The notes under the pieces: generated by a model | Seen by the model: only the letters and a program-made list of their open reading frames with translations | Databases searched by the model: none | What the model was told of the DNA's origin: nothing | Assembly (NCBI GenBank): GCA_963741385.1 | Contig: CAVUHO010000004.1 | Location: 72,099 to 136,098, forward strand | Source of the DNA: Candidatus Sulfomarinibacteraceae bacterium | Lineage (GTDB): Bacteria > Acidobacteriota > Thermoanaerobaculia > Thermoanaerobaculales > Sulfomarinibacteraceae | Direction: 5' to 3' | Length of the DNA: 64,000 nt | Shown here: positions 21,295 to 30,489 of the stretch, one piece after another | How the letters are laid out: each line of letters starts with the position of its first letter | Numbering within the stretch: the stretch's first letter is position 1 | Made by a program: the position numbers and the translations under genes

Positions 21295-22517
21295 GATGTC
21301 GCCCCCCGAGGTCCGCCCGCAGCGAACAGTAAAACCGCCATCGCTGCCGCGGCTATTGAATATGAAACGACCGCGGCATTGGCACACGCCATGGGACCGG
21401 AGTTCGGGATCCACACGAGATTGAGAGTCAGCGACACGCCAAACGCGGCGGCGAGGACCCACATCGCCAGGAGCTGACGCCTCCACGCGGCGTACACCGT
21501 GCCGACGACCATCATCGCGAATGCGCCCGGCAAGGCCAGGGACAAGCGTCTCATCAAAAGCACGGCCGGCTCGAAATCAGAACCAAAAAAAAGGTGAACC
21601 AACGGTCCCGCGACCGCCCGCAGGGCCATCGCACACGCGACGCCTGCCGCACAACCCATCGCCACCGAGGCCAGACCGGCGGATCGCCAGGACCCCCCAC
21701 GATGGGCGAGCCGGGAAAAAGTCGGGTATACGGCCACCGCGAGCAGCTGCGGAGCCGCAACCAGTGCCCACACGACGGTTGCTGCCACTCCCCAGTATCC
21801 GATCTCGGTGCGAGCGACGCCTAAAAACGCCAGCAGAAACCGATCCGTGTTGACCAGCAGCTGCCCGAGCACCGCCAGGATCATGAACGGCAGTCCTTCG
21901 CGAATCGCCGAAGTTCCCGCCCCGGACGGTGGATCGATCCCCAGCCCCCGGGACAAGCGTGCAATCCATGCGAGACCCAGACCTGCGCCCAGCGAAAACA
22001 CGACACCTGCAGTCCAGACCGGCCACGCCAGGGTCACGCCCAGACCAACCCCGACCACGGCTACGAGAATCTCGAGGCCGCGGGCGCGCACTTCGACATC
22101 CATGCGATCCAGACCCTTGAACGCCGCACCGCGAGTGATCGTCGCGGTTCGCAGAACGACGTATGGCACAAAGGCCAGCAGCGAGAGACGCAGGTTTGGC
22201 TCCGCGACCAGGAACGCTGCGGCGCCGGCGATCGGCACCAGCCACACCGCCAGCCGGCGCTGCAACGTGCTCGACAGGCCCAGCAGCGTTCGCGCACGGT
22301 CCGGCGCCCGCGCGACCTCCCGGATCAAAACCTCCTGTTGACCGAACGCGAGCACCATGACGCCGATCAGAGCCGCGGCAAAAGCTATCGAAAACGTGCC
22401 GACCGCCGCCGGTCCGCCGCCGCGCGCGATCAACACGGCCACCGCCAGCAGACCGCCTTTGATCCCCGCTTCACCGACCCCCAGCCAGATCGCGTTGCGC
22501 AGCACCTTCTTGATCAT
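21291..22517 (-). CDS. Wzx-like oligosaccharide flippase (polysaccharide biosynthesis protein family)
   Basis: 408 aa and almost entirely hydrophobic, with multiple TM segments. N-terminus MIKKVLRNAIWLGVGEAGIKG is typical of this family. Cluster context supports the call. Confidence 0.7.
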   Translation of the reverse strand: MIKKVLRNAIWLGVGEAGIKGGLLAVAVLIARGGGPAAVGTFSIAFAAALIGVMVLAFGQQEVLIREVARAPDRARTLLGLSSTLQRRLAVWLVPIAGAAAFLVAEPNLRLSLLAFVPYVVLRTATITRGAAFKGLDRMDVEVRARGLEILVAVVGVGLGVTLAWPVWTAGVVFSLGAGLGLAWIARLSRGLGIDPPSGAGTSAIREGLPFMILAVLGQLLVNTDRFLLAFLGVARTEIGYWGVAATVVWALVAAPQLLAVAVYPTFSRLAHRGGSWRSAGLASVAMGCAAGVACAMALRAVAGPLVHLFFGSDFEPAVLLMRRLSLALPGAFAMMVVGTVYAAWRRQLLAMWVLAAAFGVSLTLNLVWIPNSGPMACANAAVVSYSIAAAAMAVLLFAAGGPRGATS

Positions 22518-22571
22518 CCGTTACGCCTCGAGCCGGATGATAGACCATCGGTGTCGGGGTACAATCTCCGC

Positions 22572-23705
22572 ATGGCTTCCGAATCCAGACTTCCTGTCGC
22601 CATTTTCACTGCAATCGTGGTGATTATCGCCATCCCGTTTGTCCTCGACGAGATCCGCGAACGCCGGCGACCGGTCGTGGTGGAGGCGAGAATCGTCACA
22701 GCCACCAGCTCGGACCCGGTCTACCGCGAGGGCCGGCGGCGGGTGCCGCCCGGCGACCGGGTTGACGTCGCGCTCGCCCTCCGCCTCGAACGCTGGGGCG
22801 GCGCGGACGAATGGCTGTCGCCCGCCGCGCGCCTCGAACTCGACGGCACGGAGGTCCCCCACCTCCAAACCGCTCAGTGGCCCGACCACGATCGAACCCT
22901 GCGGGTTTTCTGGTTCTCCGTCGAATGTTCCAACCTCGGTGGCGTGCTGACCCCGGAAACCGCGGCGGAACGTCTCACCTACCGGACCTTTCTGGCGCCC
23001 GAGATGGGCCGTGGGCTCCAGGCTCAAGTTCTGCCCGAAACCCACAACGATGACTACATAGCCCAGACCGGAAACAACCCTCCCGAGGGAGCCGGGACCA
23101 TCAGGCTGTACGCCAGGGTCGAAGTGGTCGAGGAGATCAACGACGTCGGTGCGCTGCAGAGTATCGCGACGGTTGAGGTCGAGCAGTTCCTCGATCCCGG
23201 TTTCCCCACCCTGCTGTTGGCGGCGGACCTCGGGGAGAACATCGACCCGTCGGCGGCAGAGCTTTTCAGGCTGCCGGGATTCCAACCGCAGGGCGACACG
23301 CCCGTCGAATGGAACGCCGTCACGGAGGATGCATTCGGAACGTCCTTTACCGGGCTCGTCGACGACCGCGTCGTGGTTTCCTCGTGGACATTGGCGGCAT
23401 CGGCCGCGAGCGGTGGCGCGGACCTCGACCCCTCGGCCCTCGAGGCCCTCGGCGAGGTCACGATCGACGGCGACCGTCTCAGGACCGGCCGCCGGCCACT
23501 GGTGTGGGGCAACGACGTGCGTCCCGGCGACCTGCTCGCAGACGGCGACCATTGGTTCGTTCTGCTTGGCGACAACGGCGACGGCGTGCTCGATCCGTCC
23601 GACACCGTCCTCCATTCCTGGGGGCAGCCGCCCGAGCGGACGACCCTCTTCGCCGCAGGCGGGATGGACGGCGCGAGGCTCGAACACCGACGCCTGAGCC
23701 GTTGA
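22572..23705 (+). CDS. membrane-anchored hypothetical protein (377 aa)
   Basis: ATG at 22572 inside ORF 22338..23705. Single N-terminal TM (LPVAIFTAIVVIIAIPFVL). No motif recognised. Confidence 0.45.
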   Translation: MASESRLPVAIFTAIVVIIAIPFVLDEIRERRRPVVVEARIVTATSSDPVYREGRRRVPPGDRVDVALALRLERWGGADEWLSPAARLELDGTEVPHLQTAQWPDHDRTLRVFWFSVECSNLGGVLTPETAAERLTYRTFLAPEMGRGLQAQVLPETHNDDYIAQTGNNPPEGAGTIRLYARVEVVEEINDVGALQSIATVEVEQFLDPGFPTLLLAADLGENIDPSAAELFRLPGFQPQGDTPVEWNAVTEDAFGTSFTGLVDDRVVVSSWTLAASAASGGADLDPSALEALGEVTIDGDRLRTGRRPLVWGNDVRPGDLLADGDHWFVLLGDNGDGVLDPSDTVLHSWGQPPERTTLFAAGGMDGARLEHRRLSR

Positions 23706-23717
23706 GATGTACGTGCC

Positions 23718-24701
23718 GTGATCGAGCTGCGGCGGCTCACCATCGGTTTTCCATGCAACCCAAATGGGTTCACGATTGCCGTGAGGGGTCTCTCGCTTTC
23801 CGTGGCGCGGGGGGAACGCCTGGGCATCGTCGGCGAATCCGGCAGCGGCAAGAGCCTGACCGCCCTCGCCTGCCTCGGGCTGGTTCCCGAGCCGGGCCGC
23901 ATCCTCGACGGCTTGGTGCTCATCGAGGGCCGGGACCTCGGAACCGTACCCGCCGCCGATCTGCGGAGATGGCGCGGACGGACCGTCGGGATCTCCTTCC
24001 AGGAGGCGTCGAGCGCGCTCAACCCCGTCTACACCGTGGGGTATCAACTCGAGGAGGCCGTTCTGACGCATCGCCAGGTCGATCGTTCCCGGAGTCGTGT
24101 CGCGGCCCGCGAGCTGCTCGAACTGGTGGCCGTGGATTCCGCTGACCGGATCCTGGGCGCCTACCCACACCAACTTTCGGGTGGTCAGGCGCAGCGGGTG
24201 ATGCTCGCCCTCGCCCTCGCCGGTGAACCGGACCTCCTGATCGCCGACGAACCCACCTCGTCGCTCGACGTTGTCACCAGAGTCGAGATCCTTCGGCTTC
24301 TCGACCGACTCGTTGGCGAGCGCGGCCTGTCGCTGCTGCTCATCAGCCACGACCTCGAGGTCGTCCGGCATGCCGTGGATCGAGTGATCGTGATGTATGC
24401 GGGCGAAATCGTCGAAGAGGCGCCGACCGACTCCCTGTTTCACGAGCCGCTCCATCCCTACACGCAGTTGCTGTTGGCATCTTCAGCCGGCTCCCGCGAT
24501 CGCCGAGCCCGCCGGACACCCCACCCGGATTCGGGTGGCGATGGATCCCTGGCAGAAGGCTGCCCGTTTGCCCGGAGGTGTAGCGCGGTCCAGTCCGCAT
24601 GCCGCCAGACCCGGCCCGGATTGGTCGACCTTGCGGTCGACCGGCGGCTGCGGTGCCCGGTGGCAGCCACCGGCCGGGAGGGCGATCGTGTCGAAAACTG
24701 A
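23718..24701 (+). CDS. ABC transporter ATP-binding protein, OppD/DppD-like
   Basis: Walker A GESGSGKS, signature LSGGQAQR, Walker B LLIADEPTSSLD, and a C-terminal Cys-containing oligopeptide-type tail (HPYTQLLL..CPFARRC). Confidence 0.85.
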   Translation: MIELRRLTIGFPCNPNGFTIAVRGLSLSVARGERLGIVGESGSGKSLTALACLGLVPEPGRILDGLVLIEGRDLGTVPAADLRRWRGRTVGISFQEASSALNPVYTVGYQLEEAVLTHRQVDRSRSRVAARELLELVAVDSADRILGAYPHQLSGGQAQRVMLALALAGEPDLLIADEPTSSLDVVTRVEILRLLDRLVGERGLSLLLISHDLEVVRHAVDRVIVMYAGEIVEEAPTDSLFHEPLHPYTQLLLASSAGSRDRRARRTPHPDSGGDGSLAEGCPFARRCSAVQSACRQTRPGLVDLAVDRRLRCPVAATGREGDRVEN

Positions 24702-24708
24702 ATCCCTG

Positions 24709-25485
24709 ATGGTCGCGAAGGACCTCTGCCGACGTTATCATCGCGGCGGATCAACAATCCGTAAGGAAGCCGGGATCGATGCGGTCCGCAACGTCAGCCT
24801 GAGGCTCGGCCACGGCGAGTCGCTGGCGATCGTGGGCCGTTCCGGGTCCGGGAAGTCCACCCTGGCTCGACTGCTGCTCGCCATCGAACGGCCCGATCGG
24901 GGCGAGGTCCGATTCGAAGATCAGGTGATCAGCGGTCTGCCGGAATGGCGGATTCGACCTCTCAGACGACATTTCCAGGCCGTGTTTCAGGATCCCGGCT
25001 CGTCGCTCGACCCCTGCCTCCGGGTGGGGTCCATTGTTGCCGAACCGTTGGCGGCACACCGTATCGGTACCGTTCGGGACCGCCGCCGGCGGGTGCGCGA
25101 GGTCCTCGACCGGGTTGGTCTTCGAGCGGGCGCCGAGCTGGCCTTCCCGGACGCGTTTTCGGGTGGTGAACGGCAACGCATCGCGATAGCGCGCGCGCTC
25201 GCGCCGGACCCGAAACTCCTGGTGCTGGACGAACCGGTGTCGTCCCTGGACGCCTCGGTGCAGACCGAGATCATCGATCTGCTCCTCGACCTCCGGCGGG
25301 ATGGTGGTCTCGCGCTGATCATGATTTCGCACGATCTGGCGGTGGTTCGGGAGCTTTGCGAACGGGCTGCCGTCATCGCCGACGGCTCGCTGGTCGAGAT
25401 CGGCCGAACCGAGGACGTGCTGGCAACGCCCGAACATCCCGCCACCCGAGCCCTGCTCGACGCCTCGCTCAGTCTCAACCGTTAA
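24709..25485 (+). CDS. ABC transporter ATP-binding protein, OppF/DppF-like
   Basis: GRSGSGKST, FSGGERQR, LLVLDEPVSSLD. The start may instead be GTG 24688. Confidence 0.85.
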   Translation: MVAKDLCRRYHRGGSTIRKEAGIDAVRNVSLRLGHGESLAIVGRSGSGKSTLARLLLAIERPDRGEVRFEDQVISGLPEWRIRPLRRHFQAVFQDPGSSLDPCLRVGSIVAEPLAAHRIGTVRDRRRRVREVLDRVGLRAGAELAFPDAFSGGERQRIAIARALAPDPKLLVLDEPVSSLDASVQTEIIDLLLDLRRDGGLALIMISHDLAVVRELCERAAVIADGSLVEIGRTEDVLATPEHPATRALLDASLSLNR

Positions 25486-25517
25486 GGCACATCCGTCACA
25501 CGCGGCCCCACCCGCCC

Positions 25518-25587
25518 GGCACGCGGGACGCGTGCCCCACAATGGCACCGATGGTTCTTCCCTTGTGGGGCAGCCGTCCCGGCTGCC
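25518..25587. repeat. pair of inverted 25-nt hairpin units (REP/BIME-like family)
   Basis: GGCACGCGGGACGCGTGCCCCACAA (25518-25542) and TTGTGGGGCAGCCGTCCCGGCTGCC (25563-25587), separated by 20 nt. The same units recur at 40.07, 54.7-55.06, 60.4-60.65 and 62.2-62.9 kb. Confidence 0.85.
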
Positions 25588-25656
25588 GGGTGGGCGGTGT
25601 GTGGTTTTTCCCATTCTGAATACTCCGGCCCAGGTTGTCGGTGGGGGGTTGGGTGG

Positions 25657-25684
25657 GAAATCCGAAATCCGAAATCCGAAATCC
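25657..25684. repeat. heptanucleotide tandem repeat (GAAATCC)x4
   Basis: Direct reading shows four perfect copies. A second (GAAATCC)n array lies at 62884-62918. Confidence 0.95.
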
Positions 25685-25705
25685 CCTTCCCCTCCCCCTC
25701 TCCGC

Positions 25706-25711
25706 TATACT
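25706..25711 (+). promoter_or_regulatory. candidate -10 box TATACT, 7 nt upstream of the dedA-like GTG
   Basis: TATACT cgatctc GTG, with no Shine-Dalgarno sequence between. Implies a leaderless or near-leaderless transcript. No clear -35. Confidence 0.3.
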
Positions 25712-25718
25712 CGATCTC

Positions 25719-26405
25719 GTGTTGAGTCATCTCACCGATCTCATCGCCTGGCTCGAACCCCACGCGCTCCTGCTCGCCTTCCTGTTGCCCCCGGTGATCC
25801 GGGTGGTCGGCCACTGGATTCCCGAGGAGATCTTCATGGTTGCCATGGGCGTGTTGGCCGCTCGCGCCGATTCGCCGGGGATCGCCGCAGGAATCCTCGG
25901 TGCCGTGGTGATCAGCCACTTCGGCACCGATCAGGCGGTCTACCTTGCGGGCCGGTGGCTGCGTCCGCGCCTCGGCCGGTTTCCCCGGGTCGAAGGTCGG
26001 CTGCGTTCCGTCACCGATCGTCTCGCGAGCTCCCCGGCGGCCCTGTTGGGCCTGGTGCCCGCCCGGGTCCTGCCGGTGGGTCGCGGCGCGTGGCTGGCGG
26101 CCTGTGGTGTGATTCGGGTGCCGTGGCCGCGGTTTGCAGCTGTCGACCTGGCGGCGCTGGTGGTTCACCTCGCGGTCTGGTCGGGTCTCGGTTGGTGGTT
26201 CGCCGGTGACCTGCGGCGGCTGAGCGCCTCGGCGGATGCCGGGAGGCTGGTGGGGACCTGGTTGGCCGTGGCTCTGGTCATTGCGATTTCGGCAGTCATG
26301 GTGTGGCGATCGCGCGAAGGTCGAGCGGCAGACGTTGTCGGAGCCGTGGAACGACGCGATCTACAGCCCCTCACATCCGACAACCTCGGGCGCGACCGCT
26401 CCTGA
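25719..26405 (+). CDS. DedA/SNARE-associated family membrane protein
   Basis: GTG start inside ORF 25635..26405. LLAFLLPPVIRVVGHWIPEEIFMVAMGVLA.. with four or more hydrophobic segments. Family call comes from the general pattern. Confidence 0.55.
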   Translation: MLSHLTDLIAWLEPHALLLAFLLPPVIRVVGHWIPEEIFMVAMGVLAARADSPGIAAGILGAVVISHFGTDQAVYLAGRWLRPRLGRFPRVEGRLRSVTDRLASSPAALLGLVPARVLPVGRGAWLAACGVIRVPWPRFAAVDLAALVVHLAVWSGLGWWFAGDLRRLSASADAGRLVGTWLAVALVIAISAVMVWRSREGRAADVVGAVERRDLQPLTSDNLGRDRS

Positions 26406-26409
26406 CTTC

Positions 26410-26440
26410 TTGAATCGACACCTCGATACGGGGATACAAT
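26410..26440 (+). promoter_or_regulatory. candidate promoter TTGAAT-N19-TACAAT, 9 nt upstream of ATG 26450
   Basis: Read directly. The spacer is 19 nt, which is longer than optimal. A weak AAGG lies before the ATG. Confidence 0.3.
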
Positions 26441-26449
26441 AAGGCTATC

Positions 26450-27922
26450 ATGCGCAGTACCTTCGATCAGATTCATACCGCCCTCTCCTCCGCATATCCG
26501 ATTACGGTTCTCGTGAGCCCGGAGGAGGATCGCCAGGAACAACTGCTCAAGCGATTCGGGTCCGCCGCCAAACCCAACCCGCTGCCGGTGGTGGTGTGGA
26601 ACTGCGTCGACGGATTCATCAATCAGGGAACGGGAAACCACCGCGACCCCATGGAGGCTCTCGCCTGGATAGCTTCGGAGGCGCCTCGCGGCCTCTACCT
26701 GCTCAAGGATTTCGACGGCATGCTCGAAGATCGCCTGCTGCGCCGGCGGCTTCGCGATACCGCCATGAAGATCCGCAACACCGGGCGGTTCCTGTTTCTC
26801 CTGCAGCAGAACGCAGAGCTTCCGGACTCCATCAAACCCCTGGCCTATATCGTCGTCTCCCTGTTTCCGGACGACGGCGAGATCAGGTCGCTGGTGACGG
26901 ATCTCCTCAGTCAACGGGCTGAAGAACCGAGCATCGTGGATCGTCTGGTGGCGTCTCTCAAGGGAATGTCGTTGACCGAGGCCGAGCACTTGTTGAGGCG
27001 CCTGCTGGAGCGCCACACCGACCTCGACGAGGCGTTTTTCCGGGAAGTTCTCGGCGAAAAAGAACAGATCACCCGCAAGGAAGGCATCCTCGAGTTCGTA
27101 CCGCCCGACGCCAGCCTCAGCCAACTCGGGGGCCTCGACCAACTCAAGGAGTGGGTCGCCGAGCGCAGCTCTTTGTTTCTCCCCGAAGCCCGGGCGAAGG
27201 ACCTGCCGCGACCTCGTGGCGTCCTGCTGATGGGCATTTCCGGTTGCGGCAAGAGCCTTGCGGTGAAGGTCATCGCGCACGACTGGAAGATGCCGCTGTT
27301 CCGGCTCGACATGAACCTCGTGTTTGCCGGGGTTCACGGTTCGGCCGAGTGGATCTTTCACCGCGCCCTGGAGGCCGTGGAGTCGGTGGCGCCCGCCATC
27401 CTGTGGATCGACGAGATCGAAATGGGGATCGCCGGATACAACGAAGGCGAGACCGGCGCCAACACCAGGATCTTCTCGAGCTTTCTGACCTGGATGCAGG
27501 AGCACCGGGGCGACGTTTTCGTCGCCGCGACGGCAAACCGGATCCACCTGCTGCCCGCGGAGATCCTCCGCAAGGGTCGATTCGATCAGGTCTTTTTTGT
27601 CGACCTGCCGAACGAAGAAGAACGCAAGGAAATCATGTCGATTCACCTCGACCGCAACAGTCTCGAAACCTCCCGGTACGACCTCATCCTGCTCGCCTCC
27701 GCAACCCGGGGCTGGAACGGCGCGGAGATCGAACAGGCCGTCGCATCAGCCCGCATCACCGGCCATGCGCGCGGCGTCGAGGTCTCACAGAACGATATGC
27801 TGGCCTCCTTCGGCAAGATCATCCCGCTGTCCCGCACCATGGAGGAACAACTCAAGGCGATCCGCTCGTGGGCGCGCACCCGGGCCCTGCCCGCGACCCG
27901 CACAATAAAGCCCGAAATGTGA
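26450..27922 (+). CDS. AAA+ family ATPase (Ycf46-like architecture: N-terminal domain plus one AAA module)
   Basis: Walker A GISGCGKS, Walker B ILWIDEIE, second region ATANRIHLLPAEILRKGRFDQVFFVDLP. Confidence 0.8.
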   Translation: MRSTFDQIHTALSSAYPITVLVSPEEDRQEQLLKRFGSAAKPNPLPVVVWNCVDGFINQGTGNHRDPMEALAWIASEAPRGLYLLKDFDGMLEDRLLRRRLRDTAMKIRNTGRFLFLLQQNAELPDSIKPLAYIVVSLFPDDGEIRSLVTDLLSQRAEEPSIVDRLVASLKGMSLTEAEHLLRRLLERHTDLDEAFFREVLGEKEQITRKEGILEFVPPDASLSQLGGLDQLKEWVAERSSLFLPEARAKDLPRPRGVLLMGISGCGKSLAVKVIAHDWKMPLFRLDMNLVFAGVHGSAEWIFHRALEAVESVAPAILWIDEIEMGIAGYNEGETGANTRIFSSFLTWMQEHRGDVFVAATANRIHLLPAEILRKGRFDQVFFVDLPNEEERKEIMSIHLDRNSLETSRYDLILLASATRGWNGAEIEQAVASARITGHARGVEVSQNDMLASFGKIIPLSRTMEEQLKAIRSWARTRALPATRTIKPEM

Positions 27923-28848
27923 GCGCCTCGCAGCCCGCTGAGGATCTTACCCGCTGCATCGTGACGCGGGAGCACGAGGGCGCTCGCATCGACGTCTTTC
28001 TCGCCGCGGTCACGCAACTCAGCCGGCGGGCCACCCGCCGCCTCCTGACCGAGGGCACGATCCGGTTCAACGGCCGGCCGATAAGGGTGCAGTCGCGCCC
28101 GGTCACCGCCGGGGATGTCGTGGATATCCTGCAACCCCCCGCCGAACTTGGAGTCGGACCGCTGCCGAACATCGTCACCCCGACGATACTCCACCAGGAT
28201 CGCTGGCTGCTGGTGGCGGCCAAGCCCGCCGGCGTGCTGTCGGCCTCCGCCGAAAACATGCAGCAGGGGGAGCTCGCGTTCGATCAACAGGTCCTGGTGG
28301 CCAGGGCCGTCGCGGATGGCAAGCGACCATTCCTGCGTCTGGTCCACCGTCTCGATCGGGTCACCAGCGGAGCGATCCTCTTCGCGTGCCACCCCGAGGC
28401 GCTGCCTCCGTTGACCTCGGCCTGGGGCAAAGGTCTGGTGGAGCGAGTGTACGTGGCGGTCGTCGAGGGCCACCCGGAGTTCGAACGGGTTGAGATCGAC
28501 CGCCCGATCGCTCGCGACCGGCTCCATGCGTGGCGCTTCACCACCGACCCCTCGGGTCGGAAGGCAGCGACGGAGGCTCGGGTGGTCGCTCACCTTGAAA
28601 ACGGTCTCGCGGTGGTCGAGTGCCGGCTGGTCACCGGTCGAACCCACCAGGTGCGGGTCCACCTTGCGTCGGTCGGCCACCCGGTCCTCGGCGACCGCCT
28701 GTACGGGTCCCGGCGGGCTGACGAAGCGCCACGCCCGCTGCTCCACGCGGCCTCGCTCACCTTCCCCCACCCCAGGTCAGGCGAAAAGCTGCACATCGTC
28801 TGCCCACCGCCCGATGACATCGCCGCCTTTCTGACTGACGAGATCTGA
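27919..28848 (+). CDS. RluA-family pseudouridine synthase (RluD/RluC-like, N-terminal S4-like region)
   Basis: GTGA overlap with the AAA gene. Catalytic HRLDRVTSG and GRTHQVRVHL motifs. Confidence 0.85.
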   Translation: MSASQPAEDLTRCIVTREHEGARIDVFLAAVTQLSRRATRRLLTEGTIRFNGRPIRVQSRPVTAGDVVDILQPPAELGVGPLPNIVTPTILHQDRWLLVAAKPAGVLSASAENMQQGELAFDQQVLVARAVADGKRPFLRLVHRLDRVTSGAILFACHPEALPPLTSAWGKGLVERVYVAVVEGHPEFERVEIDRPIARDRLHAWRFTTDPSGRKAATEARVVAHLENGLAVVECRLVTGRTHQVRVHLASVGHPVLGDRLYGSRRADEAPRPLLHAASLTFPHPRSGEKLHIVCPPPDDIAAFLTDEI

Positions 28849-28880
28849 AACGCTTCTGCCTAGAGGTTTCGAGCAATTCA

Positions 28881-28915
<35 letters not shown>

Positions 28916-28929
28916 CCGACAGGGCAGCG

Positions 28930-28935
28930 TATAAT
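28930..28935 (+). promoter_or_regulatory. candidate -10 box TATAAT, 6 nt upstream of GTG 28942
   Basis: Perfect TATAAT followed by gcacca GTG, with no Shine-Dalgarno sequence. The -35 is weak (TTCCGA, within the heptamer array). Confidence 0.35.
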
Positions 28936-28941
28936 GCACCA

Positions 28942-29475
28942 GTGACCTGGGGATTTGCTTATTTGCTCATATTTCTCGGCGGCTTCACTCTCGCCCTGGT
29001 CACCGGGTTCGGTCGACGCCTCTTGCATCCCACCGAGCTCTGCGACCACGTCATCGTCCCTTCTCACGAACACCTGTGGAGCATGCGCTTTCCGGCTGCC
29101 GATATCCTGGCCTCGTTTCTCACCCTTTTCGGTCTGACTGCAGTCGTCGTCCACGGCTTGACCTCGCTGGCTCCGAAGCATGAACTCGCGATCGCCGGCG
29201 CGGCGGGGTTGGTCGGCATCGTCGCCCTGAGGTCATGGCTGCGTCGGGTGTGCGACCCGTGTGAACAGTTGCGGTCGGGGACCCAGGAGGTTCGCGTGGT
29301 TCGGGAAATCCCCGGCAACGGCTATGGACAGGTCGAGGTCATCATGGCGGGCGCGCAGATCAAGCTGGCTGCGAGGTCGGAAGTTGCGGAGCCCATTCCG
29401 GTGGGCACGATCGTGGAGATTCTCGATCGCAGTGAGTCGGTGGTGGTCGTCGTGCCGCGCGTCGTCCACACATGA
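28942..29475 (+). CDS. NfeD-like membrane protein
   Basis: Three N-terminal hydrophobic segments and a C-terminal OB-like tail: GYGQVEVIMAGAQIKLAARS..PIPVGTIVEILDRSESVVVV. Confidence 0.55.
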   Translation: MTWGFAYLLIFLGGFTLALVTGFGRRLLHPTELCDHVIVPSHEHLWSMRFPAADILASFLTLFGLTAVVVHGLTSLAPKHELAIAGAAGLVGIVALRSWLRRVCDPCEQLRSGTQEVRVVREIPGNGYGQVEVIMAGAQIKLAARSEVAEPIPVGTIVEILDRSESVVVVVPRVVHT

Positions 29476-29521
29476 TCGCGAGCCTGCCGATGTTCCACGG
29501 CCGCCTTTCCGGGCCCGGCCG

Positions 29522-30124
29522 GTGAGCCGGTCGAAGATCCTGCTGGCAAGCGGGTCGCCGCGCCGCAGACAGATCCTCGAGTTGATCGGAATCGACTGCG
29601 ATGTGATTCCGTCCGGCATCGACGAACGGCCTGAAGATGGCGAGACCCCGGTGGACTTCGCTCGACGGGCGGCCCGCGACAAGGCCCTCGATGTCTCCAT
29701 CCATCGCCCCGACCGCTGGGTCCTCGGCGCTGATACGGTGGTCGAGGTTGACGGCCTCATCCTCGGCAAACCGGAGGGCGCCAACGGCGCCCGCGCGATG
29801 CTCCGGTCCCTTTCGGGCCGCGAACACCTGGTCCACACGGCGGTGTCGCTGGTTGTCGCCGGCGAGGCTCGATGCCTCGTGGACACCGCCATGGTGCGGT
29901 TTTTCAACCTCGAAGACACGGTCATCTCGTGGTATGTGGACACCGGCGAACCCATGGACAAGGCAGGAGCCTACGCCATCCAGGGCATCGGCGGTCTGCT
30001 CGTCGCCGAGATGCGGGGATCCCCGCACACCGTCGTCGGACTGCCGATCCACCGCCTTCCTGAGCTGTTTGCCGCTCGGGGAATCGACTTCTGGAGCCAG
30101 CTGCAGCCCCGGCGGTGCGTCTGA
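29522..30124 (+). CDS. maf: Maf-like nucleoside triphosphate pyrophosphatase
   Basis: ILLASGSPRRRQILELIGI..GADTVV..GKP..AGAYAIQG motifs. GTG start chosen because there is no in-frame ATG. Confidence 0.85.
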   Translation: MSRSKILLASGSPRRRQILELIGIDCDVIPSGIDERPEDGETPVDFARRAARDKALDVSIHRPDRWVLGADTVVEVDGLILGKPEGANGARAMLRSLSGREHLVHTAVSLVVAGEARCLVDTAMVRFFNLEDTVISWYVDTGEPMDKAGAYAIQGIGGLLVAEMRGSPHTVVGLPIHRLPELFAARGIDFWSQLQPRRCV

Positions 30125-30130
30125 AGATCC

Positions 30131-30424
30131 TCACTCGCCGCAGGTGATGGGCTTGCCGAAATCTTTGAAGGAGAAGCTGCTGAAGATGTGGTGGCCGTTG
30201 AAGTCGAGCACCCGGCAGTCCTCCGACGACTCGAGGTCGGCCGAGATCACGTCGAACGGGACGCCGTAAACCGATCGCGCACGATCAACGGACACCTCGT
30301 GGCCGATGAACTTCGTGATGCCCTTCTGCGCGAGCTTTCGGACGAGACGCTCGTCGGTCAAGTCCGGGAACGTGGTCAACAACAGGATGGGCCCGGTTCC
30401 GGAGAAAATGACGAAGGCTCGCAC
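30131..30424 (-). CDS. conserved small protein, 97 aa (paralog A)
   Basis: MRAFVIFSGTGPILLLTT..KFIGHEVSVDR..YGVPFDVISADL..RVLDFNGHHIF..GKPITCGE. Aligns end to end with the neighbouring 97-aa ORF. Confidence 0.6.
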   Translation of the reverse strand: MRAFVIFSGTGPILLLTTFPDLTDERLVRKLAQKGITKFIGHEVSVDRARSVYGVPFDVISADLESSEDCRVLDFNGHHIFSSFSFKDFGKPITCGE

Positions 30425-30489
30425 CCGGGCTCTCCTTTCTCGCCGCCTGCCGCGCCGGCCCCCAGGTCACCCGCGGAAACTCCAGGCGC

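Noticed and set aside
22521-24455. Long antisense ORFs opposite well-supported genes (22521..24455-, 11068..12351-, 26165..27646-, 27643..28770-, 35672..37180-, 38138..40162-, 49323..51032-, 7101..7970-, 60690..62045-)
   Set aside because: These are mirror ORFs typical of high-GC DNA. They are Arg/Gly/Pro/His-rich, low-complexity and motif-free. Each overlaps a gene on the other strand that carries clear catalytic motifs.
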